Source: Mobula hypostoma (Eukaryota). From it: a stretch of 64,000 nt of DNA. The notes under the pieces were generated by a model. The model worked only from the letters and a program-made list of their open reading frames with translations, was not told the origin of the DNA and ran no database searches. The stretch covers positions 174,160,001 to 174,224,000 of the forward strand of contig NC_086097.1 in assembly GCF_963921235.1 (NCBI RefSeq), in the 5' to 3' direction. The position numbers were made by a program, and so were the translations under genes. Shown one piece after another: positions 1-10,113 of the stretch; within the stretch, counting starts at the first letter, position 1; every line of letters begins with the position of its first letter.

Positions 1-1469
1 ATATGATGTGTTTTCAGACTTCAGAGAGAAAATAAGTTTTTGCTTATTTGGAAATCAAATTGGTGGCAGGTACTAAATAAAATGGAAACATTCATCACAG
101 TATCTGTAAGCTTTTTTGTGTAATACAGTTACTACAATTGACATAAGTCCTTTTCCTGCAGTTACAATTCAAATTGATATTGATGCTCCTGTTTGGCAAA
201 ATGGAAGAAGCCACAGTTCCAGAAAATGGTGGCTTGCAGTTTTTAAATATTTGCTATTGCGGAATAAAGGCCTTGTTGTATTGACATGATAGTGGTGGAG
301 GCTGAATTTTTAAAAATTAAACAACAATATGAGAGAATAAAATGAGACATGGGTGTTTTTCATAAAGAAAGCACAGGATATATCTTTGGATAGATGCCCA
401 GATAATTATTTAGTAGATTAATATAATAGATGAAGGCTGCAGAACAGATGGGGTGACGTAGTTGAAGTTATGGAAATTCAGAGTTTCCAGATGGATAGAA
501 TTTGTTCTCTTAATTTTTCAGGTGATGGCTAATGCAGATCGTTTTGACCTTAGTTTCAATTGCAGTGAGAAGAGAAGCCCAGATAGTTCCAGTAGGTTGC
601 GGTTATTAGTTGGCTACAATTAAAAGAATACAAATTCAGAGGACGAAACCAAAGAGACAGATGTTTGGTTTGAATTGTGTGGTTTCTGTAATTCCTGTTG
701 TATTAAGTAAAGAGTTATGTGAGTTTTCAATCAAGATGATGATTGTGCTAAGTATCATGTTGCCATGACCACTTGGTGACCAAAGGCCAATGGCTCTGAT
801 GCAGCGCCATTGGTTGTGAAAAAGAACTTACTTTTTTCCGGTAGTTCTAGACATTTGAGGAATCAAAGTATTAAAACACCTATAGAAAAGAATTCTAGTA
901 CACTTCACATACAGTGCCATTCCCTGAAGCTGTAGAGGATGAAGCAACTTCTGGCTAATGCCATGGATTGCTGCCAATCCAGATAGCTGGCAGATGTCAG
1001 TTGCTTTTTGTGAGCTAGTTATCGTTATTTTATGGAGTTTGTGATAGACTTCTATCAATTGCCACGACCAGGAACATTTATCTTCTTTCTCTGTGCTTTG
1101 TATAGTTATTGTGTAAGGAATTCTTAGTATCTTAGTGTGTGCATAGAACTCTTACTCTATGCCAAGGTTACATTGAATCATTTTACTCAGCAATTGTGTA
1201 AATCTAAAACAGGGAGAAATCAGATACTGTAGATTTTTTTTGCACAAACAGCTCTGCAGGGCTGTTAGATTTGGCTTATATTTGTTTTTCATTTTAGAGA
1301 TTTACTAGTTAGACTAAACTTATGCTCACAAATTTCACCTGCTTAGCTTTCATAGTGTATTAGTTGCATGTAGTAGTTTGTGGCAATCCATCATCCCAAT
1401 ATTCATTTTCAGTGTTGCATCAAATTTTATTTGTGTTAAAATGTTTTCACTTAGCATTATACTTACAGG

Positions 1470-1830
1470 AACATAGGGCATTTTATAAACATTGATGATT
1501 GGTCCAACAAACCTGTCCCATTTTTAGTAGATCTGCTTTCTTGGCTTATTACCAAATCCCACAGTCTGTTCTTTCTTCAGAAATTTATCTAGTTGTCCCT
1601 TGAAACCATTTATGTTTGCTTCAACAACATTCACTGGTAATGTATTCCACATGTTTACTAGGCTTGGTGTGAAACTTCTCTTTGATTCCTTACTTACCCA
1701 CTGAGTTAGAATTTTCTGCTGTATATAGAACCCTTTATGAATATAAATTGCCTGAGTCAACTCCATTAACTTTCCCCATTTTATTTTCAGAACTTCCCTT
1801 GTCACTTTGTCTCATTATAAACATTCGGTT
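1470..1830 (-). mobile_element. CR1-type LINE 3' fragment (end of ORF2 plus 3' UTR), degraded
   Basis: The minus-strand translation RSFTPSLVNMWNTLPVNVVEANINGFKGQLDKFL matches the CR1 ORF2 C-terminal pattern (F..RVVN.WN.LP..VVEA.....FK..LD.F). Boundaries are approximate. Confidence 0.8.
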
Positions 1831-2673
1831 TCTTCATGATGGTACCATTTTTGTTATATTCATCCTCATCCTCATCCGCATCCATTTTTGTTCTCTACTT
1901 TCTCTTTACATTTGTCTACTATGCACTTGATTGGTTCAGTCTGTAAAGTAGGAAGAACTTGGACATGAAGTGCTTTTTAGATCTCTGCTGTTTTCCAAGG
2001 TGTTTTCCTACCCATGCATTGCTTAAGATATGCAGTCTCTGGTCTTTGGGTAGCAGTAATCGGTCTCTGGGAACATCAAACTCTTCTAAGCAATTGGTTA
2101 ATCTATCAGTTGACAGTTAGGTTTTGGGCAATGTATCAATTTTTCTTTAATTACTACCAAGAAATATTTGTGTGTCCATCTGCATAGGTAGACATTGTAC
2201 CTGGGTATGATCCTAAAGAATTGGTCTAGGCTTGGCGCTGAAACCCTTTGTTCTGATTTTAGTAAGCATGTTAAACTGACAATAATTACCTTTTTTGCTT
2301 ACGTTTTGAATTTGTTTTCATCTTTTCTCCGATACTTTTTATGCCAATGGTTTGTAAACTTATGAAATTTTGCTTCTAGAACTGTCATTAAAATAATTGC
2401 TTAATTCATAAAATGTTCCTGGCAATCCCTACATTATTTTCTGATAATCCCATTCCACCCATTTATGGTTATCCTGGTTTGCTGTTTTCAGTCAAGTTTC
2501 TGTGTAGCACTTTGTACTTCTTTCCACAATTGCTTCAAGCTACTAACCTTTAGCCTAGAAGCTTGTCAAAAGGCTTCTTTTTAAAATATAATAACTCAAT
2601 TTTCATTAGATTTCCTTCACATATTCTGACTGGTCTACTGGTTTCTAATTTTGACTTGATCCTTTTAAAAATG

Positions 2674-4204
2674 CAATGGATTCTGGTTAATTGGAACACA
2701 TTGGGACCAGTACATTTTGGCCCAATTAGCCAAAGTTTTATGGAAATAGTTAAGAAGCTATGGAAAAATTGTTTAACTGAGTAACAAATTATGTATTTAA
2801 ATGAAATATAGACAAATTAGCATACTACCTATACTACTAATTTACTATAAAACTGAGGATTGGTTCCCAATCGACGGAGGAATTCATTCAATTTATGCTG
2901 CCATGTTTTTTTGATTGACTGTAAATAAACAAAATCAATGCAGATACCTAGTGTAGATAATTGACTGCCTTCATACAGTCCTTAAACGATTGCATCCTCT
3001 AAATCTTCGTTTTCATTGTAACATTTAAGATGACATCAAAGACATCAAAGTATACCCTTAGAGATTTGTTTGCTTCTAGGCAGGCTCAAATCAAGAAACC
3101 CACAGAACACAATTTAGAAAAGGATCTTAACCACTATGCAGAGAAAGAGGGGGGAAAAAACATACATCATGCAAATAATAGATGCAAACGACAACATTTT
3201 GAACCAGATTGAATGTTTAGATCAGCTCCCTGGAGCAGCCATAGTAGTAGGCACAAGCCTCGATCTCAGTTCATCATATTAGTGGGGCAAAACTCACATA
3301 GACGACAGCTACCAGATTGAGGAATGAACATCGAGGGACAGCGAGCAAAATTAGCCTGACCCTCACTTCCAAACTTGGGATTTCCAGTCTATCTGGTCCG
3401 GCATTTAAATTGTCTTAGCACCAGATAGTAACTCGCTCCAAGACCTGGGCCCCAGCCCAGCAACACACCTGAGCTGCACAGCCGGAAGCCATTTTCTATC
3501 TCTTAGAGCAAACCAACGTGGAACCCAGTTTAGGTGGATGGGCATTGAAACTCTTCTGCATCAAATCCTCTCCAAATCGTTCACTCCAACAGCAATAGCA
3601 ATACCAACTCCATCTGTGACTGCATCTTGAATATATTGCATTCCGGCTTTGCAATACACCAGTAGGGCTCATGCTTCGAATCAGCTTCGCCTCCGTTTGC
3701 TTCTTCATTGTTTGCAGTGTTAGTTGACCATAATTTACATGAGAAAAGGTGTTGTTAGTAATGTTTTAGCTGTGTACCTTGCCTTCTGGACTACCATTAA
3801 GCTGTCACACATCTTCAGTAGCGCCATCTTATTGACCTCATTCCCAGCCATTTCTGGCATCTCCAAACCGATTTGGTGAAACGGCAGTGAGGAAAATAGT
3901 TCTGAATTGTTTTACTGCTTATTTTTTTTTTACCAACTATCAGTGATACAAAGCACTGCTTTTTGAACACAAACACATGCAACTGACACTATTATAAAAA
4001 CTGTTCACTCTAAGCATGGTGTAGTGTTTAACAAGGGCATGCAACTGAAGCTAGTTAAAAACTTTGGCACCAGTCTCCTGTTCCAATTCCAAATAAAGGA
4101 AAGGAATCCCAGCTATTTTCTTGATTAGCTTTTGTTCTTCATGAATTGCCCCAATAAAGTTGCTGCCCCGAATAATCAATGGCCCAATTAACCAGAATCC
4201 TTTG
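2674..4204. mobile_element. Non-autonomous Tigger/pogo-like (Tc1/mariner superfamily) DNA transposon with terminal inverted repeats
   Basis: The left end CAATGGATTCTGGTTAATTGG (2674) and the right end CCAATTAACCAGAATCCTTTG (ending 4204) are 20/21 inverted repeats. The right end is followed by TA and the left is preceded by TG. There is no transposase ORF, and another element interrupts it. Confidence 0.75.
3040..3830 (-). mobile_element. Retroposon-like insertion nested in the Tigger-like element
   Basis: A GC-richer segment ending in GCGCCATCTT (AAGATGGCGC at the minus-strand 5' end, a YY1-like motif common at LINE-type 5' ends). Its other end resembles a minus-strand LINE 3' tail. Family not identified; boundaries approximate. 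Confidence 0.45.
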
Positions 4205-5254
4205 TAGTTTTAGTTTTGTTTTGTCTCATTAACTAGTTACTTTGGGCAATCTATTTTAATATGCATTTTAACTGTTCGTTTCCTCCTAGTTGTGTTTGTT
4301 TTCTCTGATGTATTCAATAATTTTTAATAATTCAATAATTTCCCATTTAACAATCTCGGGCTTTAAACCACCCTTCAAAGCTTAGATATCTTGCTTTGTC
4401 CAGTTTGGTTGATTTGTATATTGACACCAATCCTACATGTATTTTCTGTAGTTCAATGGCTAGATTTTATCATTGCTGTTGCACATTATGAAGATCTGCA
4501 TTCATCTGTCATTTGGAGCTATAGCTGGGGGAGATTTAGCTGACTTCTGATAATTCCAGCATACGTGGTGATGTCAGTCTTAGTGAGCTGTTCATCTCTC
4601 CTGTTTCCTTTTGCATAATGCCATGTAGTTTCTACTGTCACTATTATTAAACATTTGCATCTTGAAATTAATGTTAAATGGGATTGACAGCAATCCTGTA
4701 TCACATTATATATTTATATTGCAAACTATTCGTCCTAAATAAATTAAGTCTTGGATGCTATTTTTACTGTAAATTTTTTCTCATCATTTTTGTACAGGTG
4801 GTTGATTTTAGGACAGTATTTATATCTGGAGTCCCTTGACGTATACAGTAGTAAAGCACGATACTTGTATTTGGAATGATCATTGAGTAGCAAACTGAGG
4901 AATCTTTGTCAGTGAGGAAAACCAGTCTTACCTGGTATACATTATGTGAAAGGAGTATGACAAATTGGTTGAAATACAGGTTTCACCTATAAAGTGCATT
5001 TGGGGTCCCAAGAGATGGGAATGGGGTTGAAGCAAGAGTTGCCGTATTGTTTTCTCTATTATTTTCCATTACCTTGGCTAATATTTACCTTTTAATATTC
5101 TTAACTAAAAAGAAGGGACTGAATTTCATTTCTCTTTCAGGCCACCTGATTGTTTTGTAGCTAATGAGTTAATATAATAAGCAAATTTTAAAATATCAAG
5201 CTTCAGAACACAGCAATGTGATACGCAAAGTTGTCTTGACTTTAGTGAATTGAT

Positions 5255-5537
5255 TGAAGAATAATGGCTAACACGAGAGGGCACAGTTTTAAAGTGCTTG
5301 GAAGTAAGTACAGTGGAGATGTCGGGGTGGTGAGTGTATGGATTGGGCTGCCGGCAACATTGGTGGAGGCGGACACAATAGGGTCTTTTAAGAGACTCTT
5401 GAGTAGGTACATGGAGCTTAGAAAAATAGAAGGCTATGTGTAACCCTAGGTAATTTCTAAAGTAATTACATGTTTGGCACAGCATTGTGGGTCGAAGGGC
5501 CTGTGTTGTGCTGTAAGTTTTCTATGTTTCTATGTTT
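5255..5537 (+). mobile_element. CR1-type LINE 3' end, 5'-truncated
   Basis: ACACGAGAGGGCACAGTTTTAAAG...GGTGGAGGCGGACACAATAGGGTCTTTTAAGAGACTCTTG is followed by the GGGTCGAAGGGCCTGT hairpin region and a (TTCTATGT)n tail typical of CR1 3' ends. Confidence 0.85.
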
Positions 5538-5904
5538 AATGCGTTTTGACTACACCTCTAAAGGTAACTTGCATGCTTTTTTTTTGAAGCAACACATTAG
5601 TGAACTGCATCGTTTCTTCTGGTAAATCTATTTGCACGGCGTTTGCATAAGTAGTTCGAAGATATTAACTCAGCAAATGAGAAAAATATTTAAACTCCAG
5701 TGGTAAGCTGAGAGCTCTGCCCTCATCAGAGGTTTGGTAAAGCTGATCAAGGGGATTCAAAGGAGAACTCTCTGGTGGCTGAAATCCAACCTCCCAGAAA
5801 GGCAAATGGCGTAGCTGTTGAGCGAGAGTAGGGCACCAACTATTCATCACTTGCATATTAGTGTATAGCTTCCGCCCTTCTGATTTTCCTACCAGCCGAC
5901 TGCA

Positions 5905-6117
5905 CTGGCATACACTGGGGCTTATTTTACAGTAATCAGTTAATCTAACAATCAACTTGTCTTTGGCACATAGGAAAAGAATGGAAGCACCCAAGAGTAA
6001 TCCACATAGTTACAATAAGAACATGCAAACTCAGTTTAGACGGTACTGGGATTCGGGATTGAATCTGAATTGCTAAGGCTGTGAGATGTTTGCACTACCT
6101 GCAACACATTTGTGCCC
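5905..6117 (-). mobile_element. tRNA-derived V-SINE (HE1-like), degraded
   Basis: The minus strand has a B-box-like GATTCAATCCC and the V-domain-like GAGTTTGCATGTTCTT...GTGGATTACTCTTGGGTGCTTCCATTC. Confidence 0.6.
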
Positions 6118-6214
6118 ATCTCTGCCATAAATGAGCAAACCTTTATTTTTAAACAGTGATCCCTAGTCTGGTTTCTTTCTCATGAGGAAATACTTTTCCA
6201 CTTCCAGTCTGCCA

Positions 6215-6848
6215 ACATCACCCAGGAGCAGAATTGGGCCATTCAGCCCATCAAGTCTGTTCTGCTATTCTATCATGGCTGATTTATTATCCCTCTCATC
6301 CCCATTCTCCTGCCTTCTTGTAATCTTCGACACCCTGACTGATCAAGAACCTATCTGTCTTTGCTTTAAATATACCCAATATCTTGGCCTCTATCTGTGG
6401 CAATGAATTCTACAATTCACTACCCTCTGGCTAAAAAAAATTCCTCCTCATCTCTGTTCTAAATGGACATTCTTCTATTCTGAGGCTCTTCCCTCTGGTC
6501 CTAGACTCCGCTACTATAGGAAACGTCCTCTCCACATCCACTCCATCTAGGCCTTTCAGAATTCAATAGGTTTTGGTGAGATTCTCCACCCTCTGCACCC
6601 TCCCCCTCCGCCCCCCCCCATTCTTCTATGTTGCAGTGAGTACGAGCCCAGAGCCAAATGCTCCTTATTGCATCACACAAAATGCTGAAGGGTCTCAGCC
6701 TGAAATGGTTGACTCTTTTCCATAGATGTTGCCTGGCCTGCTGAATTCCTCCAGTATTTTGTGTGTGTTGCTTGGATTTCCAGCTCTGCAGATTTTATCT
6801 TGTTTGTGAATGCTCCTCATACGTAAGCCCCTTTCAGTTTTGGGATCT
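6215..6848 (-). mobile_element. CR1-type LINE 3' end, interrupted by an insertion at 6669-6808
   Basis: GAGCAGAATTGGGCCATTCAGCCCATC is the reverse of the CR1 3' hairpin. AATGAATTCTACAATTCACTACCCTCTGGCTAAAAAAA reads FFSQRVVN on the minus strand and CTCTCCACATCCAC reads VDVER. It resembles the plus-strand CR1 at 9577-9920. Confidence 0.85.
6669..6808. mobile_element. Short Penelope-type (pseudo-LTR-like) terminal fragment with a 12-bp target-site duplication
   Basis: It is flanked by AATGCTCCTTAT (6657-6668) and AATGCTCCTCAT (6809-6820). It contains an inverted repeat CACACAAAATGCTG...CAGTATTTTGTGTG and the motif GAAGGGTCTCAGCCTGAAA, related to the CTGATGA...GAAA motif at 30548. Family assignment is from recognition, not a search. 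Confidence 0.6.
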
Positions 6849-7734
6849 TCTGTATGGTTTACATAGCTTAAAAACATAGTCAATTTACTTAATACTTGGG
6901 ATCATTTAGGGCCCATTTTAATGCTATCTGTCATGGAGATGAGTGAGTGAGAAGATGGAAGAATACAGTATTATTTGTAAAATTTAAAAAGAGAGGTCCA
7001 CTTTTGTGATCAGAGAAGAAAAGCAGGGTATTTGTTAAATGTTCTTGTATTTGTTAAATGTTCTTATATTTGAATGTGTTGATATTCAACTAGACACTTA
7101 GCCAATTCCTTGGGATTATGGGTGGTTCAGTTCACTGAGCAATAGATGCTTGATTTCTTTTGGCAGCCATTGCTCATTAGCTATCACGCATCTTGACAGA
7201 GCAATGTATTGATCCAATGGCTATGAGGTCCAAAGTAATTGGAAATTAAGCTGTGCTGCAGACCTGGCACACAGACATCCACCAGGTTCATGTTGCCATA
7301 TTCTGACCATCCTAAACACCCTAAACACAGAAACTTTATTAGCACCCTTCCGTTGACATCTTCCAATTACCCTGATTATCTCCCTTGTCTTCCTACTTCT
7401 GATCACTTTTTCCTCAGTGTCTCCCTTAAGTCCTCACTCTCTTAATCCCCTTCTCTCTGAAGTTCTTTCACTTTTTCCTGGTTAGCCCATTCTCTTTCTT
7501 TTCCCCACTTGACTACCACACAATATACTGCTCCAGCTGCCTGTTGCTTGCTCTTTCTAAGAGTGAGGTCACTTACCAACTGTTGTGGCTCATCTTCTTC
7601 CTGGGTTGTTCCCCAGTTGCCTCACTCCTGCCAACACCCACCTACAGGTCCCAGCATCTGTGCCACTTGAAACCGGCAGCCAAGTTCTAGAATTCTAGAA
7701 TTCTCCTAAGGCGCTTGCACACATAACACTCATG

Positions 7735-7830
7735 ATTAACGTGCAGATGCAGCAGGTGATTAAAAAGGCAAATAGTATGCAAACTTTTGTAATGCGAGCA
7801 TTTGGTTATAGCAGAAAGGAAGTATTGTAC
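7735..7830 (+). mobile_element. Small CR1 RT-region fragment
   Basis: GTGCAGATGCAGCAGGTGATTAAAAAGGCAAATAGTATG reads VQMQQVIKKANSM, paralleling VVRKANAMLAFI at 9271. Confidence 0.55.
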
Positions 7831-7842
7831 AGTACTTATTTT

Positions 7843-8750
7843 AGAATCAGGTTTTTTAAAATCACTGTCTTATGTGAAATTTGTTGTGTGGCAGCAGTAT
7901 AGTGCAAAGACATAAAATTGCTATAAATTACAAAATAATAAATAGTGCAAAAGAGAACATTGAGGCAGAGTTCATGGACTATTCAGAAACCTGATGATGA
8001 AGGGAAAGAAACTACTGCTGAGTTGTTGAATGTGGGTCTTTAGGCTCCTGTACCACCTCTCTTGAAGTAGGAATGCAAAGAGGGCATGTGCTGGATTGTG
8101 AAGATCCAAAATGATAAAAGGTGCCTTATCAAGGCACTGCTTCTTGAAGATATCCTCAGGTGGAGAGAGTTGTGCCTTGATGGAGCTGGCTGATTCTACA
8201 AACCTCTGCAGCCTTTTGTGATTTAGTGCATTGGAGCCTCCATATCAGGGTGCGATGGAACCACACTTCAGAATGCACTTCACTGTAAATTGATAGAAAT
8301 TTGCAGGAGTATTTGATCTTGCTCAAACTCCGAACGAAGTAGATCCACTGGTGTTTCTTTATAATTAGAATTGATGTATTATTGTCATGTGCACTGCGGT
8401 AGAGTGAACATTTAACGTCCATACTGTTTGAACAGATCAACTCATTACATGGTACATTGAGGTAGTATAAGGTTAAACAATAACAATGCAGAATGAAGTG
8501 TAACAACTACAGGAAAAAGTGCAGGTAGACAATAAGGTGCAACATCAAAACAAGGTAGATTATGAGGTGAAGAGTCTATTTTATCATACTAGGGAACCAT
8601 TCAATAGTCTTATAACAGTGGGTTAGAAACTGTCTTGAAGTCTGGTGGTACGTTCTTTCAGGTTTTTAAAGACTTCTGCCCAATGGGGAAAGGGAGAAGA
8701 GAGAATTTCCATGGTGGGTGGTTGCTTTGATTACACTGATGGAAGTTAAA
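7843..8750 (-). mobile_element. Two degraded Rex/Babar-like (non-CR1) LINE 3' fragments
   Basis: Typical minus-strand tails (AGAATCAGGTTT...ATCACTG, TTCAGAAACCTGATG...GAAAGAAACT, TTCAATAGTCTTATAACAGTGGG...TCTGGTGGTACG...TTTCAGG) were recognised by pattern. No intact ORF. Confidence 0.5.
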
Positions 8751-8764
8751 TACAGATGTCTGAA

Positions 8765-9920
8765 CAGTAGCCAGGAATTGGGCTACAAATTACAATAGAA
8801 AAGGCATGTAAAAAGAGCTATGTTGTGATAATCGTGGGGCATTTCAATATGCAGATAGATTGGGCAGATCAGATTAATGCTGTATCCCAAGAGAGGGAAT
8901 TTGTAGAATGTCTACAAGATAGCTTTTTAGAGCAGCTTGTGGTTGAACTCACTTGGGGACTGGCAATTCTGGATTGGGTGTCATATAATGACTCAAATTT
9001 GATCAGAGAGCTTAAGGTAAAGGAACCCTTAGGAGACAGCAATCATAATATGATTGAACTTTCCCTGCAATGTTGGAAGGAGAAGCTAAATTCAGATGTA
9101 TCAATATTACAGTAGAGTAAAGGGAATTACAGAGGCATGGGAAAGGAGCTAGCCAAAGTAGATTGGAAGGGGACATGAGCAAGGATGATGCAAAACAGCA
9201 AAGGCTGGTGCAAAGGGACTTGGGAGTCCTTGTGCAGAATTCCCTAAATGTTAAGTTGCAGATTGAATTGGTGGTAAGGAAGGCAAATGCAATGTTAGCA
9301 TTCATTTCAAGAATATAAAAGTAGGATATAATGTTGAGAGTTTATAAAGCACTGGTGAGGCCACACTTAGAGTATTGTGAGCAGTTCTGGCCCCTCATCT
9401 AAGAAAGGATGTGCTACCATTTGAGAGGGTCGAGCGGAGGTTCACGCGAGTGATCCCAGGAATTAAAGGATTAACATACGAGGAGCATTTGATAACTCTG
9501 GCTCAGTACTCTCTGGAGTTTAGAAGAATGAGGTTGTGGAAGGGGGAAGGGGTATCTGATTGAAACCTATTGAATATTGAAAGATCTTGCTAGAGTGGAT
9601 GTGGAGAGGATGTTTCCTGTAGTAGGGGAGTATAGGACCAGAGTGTGCAACTTCAGAATTGAAGGACAACCACTTAGAACAGAGATGAGGAAAAACATCT
9701 TTAGCCAGAAGGTGGTGAACCTGTGGAATTCATTATCACAAACAGCTGTGCATACCAAGTGAATTTAAGTCTGAGGTTGATAGCTTCTTGACTAATCAGG
9801 GTATCAACGGTTACAGGGAGAATGGGGTTGATAGGGATAATAAATCAGTCATGATGAAATGCCGGAGCACACTCAATGGACCAAATGGCCTGATTCTATT
9901 CCTATGTCTTATTGTCTTGA
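8765..9920 (+). mobile_element. CR1-type LINE with a large internal deletion (endonuclease piece joined to the RT C-terminus and 3' UTR)
   Basis: 8825-9115 encodes an APE endonuclease C-terminus (IIVGHFNMQIDW...FLEQLV...AILDWV...EPLGDSNHNMIE). At ~9207 it jumps to VQRDLGVLVQNSLNV...VVRKANAML, ...LVRPHLEYCEQFW and MRKNIFSQKVVNLWNSL, ending with a CCTATGTCTTATTGTCTT tail. Confidence 0.9.
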
Positions 9921-9929
9921 TGGCAGCGA

Positions 9930-10112
9930 GAAGAACTGACAGAGTTCATGGAGGGGCAGCTGGTTTCTGTGATGTGCTTACTTGTGTCCACAACTCTGAG
10001 TCATTGATTGTATTGATGTGTTGGGCCCAGCACAGATCCTCGGAGATGTTGTCATCCAGGAACTTAAAGCTGCTCACCCTTCCCACCATTGTCCCCTCAA
10101 TGAGGTTTGGTG
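9930..10112 (-). mobile_element. Rex/Babar-like LINE RT C-terminal fragment
   Basis: The minus strand reads VGRVSSFKFLDDNISEDLCWAQH, matching the VERVSSFKFLG..ISEDL.W..H motif of Rex1/Babar-type ORF2. Confidence 0.75.
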
Positions 10113-10113
10113 A

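Noticed and set aside
522..591. Possible plus-strand exon (TTTTTCAG/...TCCA/GTAGGT; VMANADRFDLSFNCSEKRSPDSS)
   Set aside because: The splice signals are plausible, but the peptide is unrecognised and no consistent partner exons were found. RNA-seq would be needed.
736..799. Possible C/D-box snoRNA (ATGATGA...CTGA)
   Set aside because: There is no convincing terminal stem or C'/D' pair and no rRNA or snRNA guide that I can recognise. Such boxes occur by chance.
1368..1385. let-7-like string TGTAGTAGTTTGTG
   Set aside because: It lacks the TGAGGTAG seed and a pairing hairpin arm.
4798..5160. Splice-site-like signals (acceptors at 4797 and 5140; minus-strand CAG/GTAAG at 4931)
   Set aside because: The reading frames are short, stop-rich or unrecognised. 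A non-coding transcript cannot be excluded but is unsupported.
5700..5740. Minus-strand CTGATGAG as a hammerhead core
   Set aside because: No GAAA box follows a stem II.
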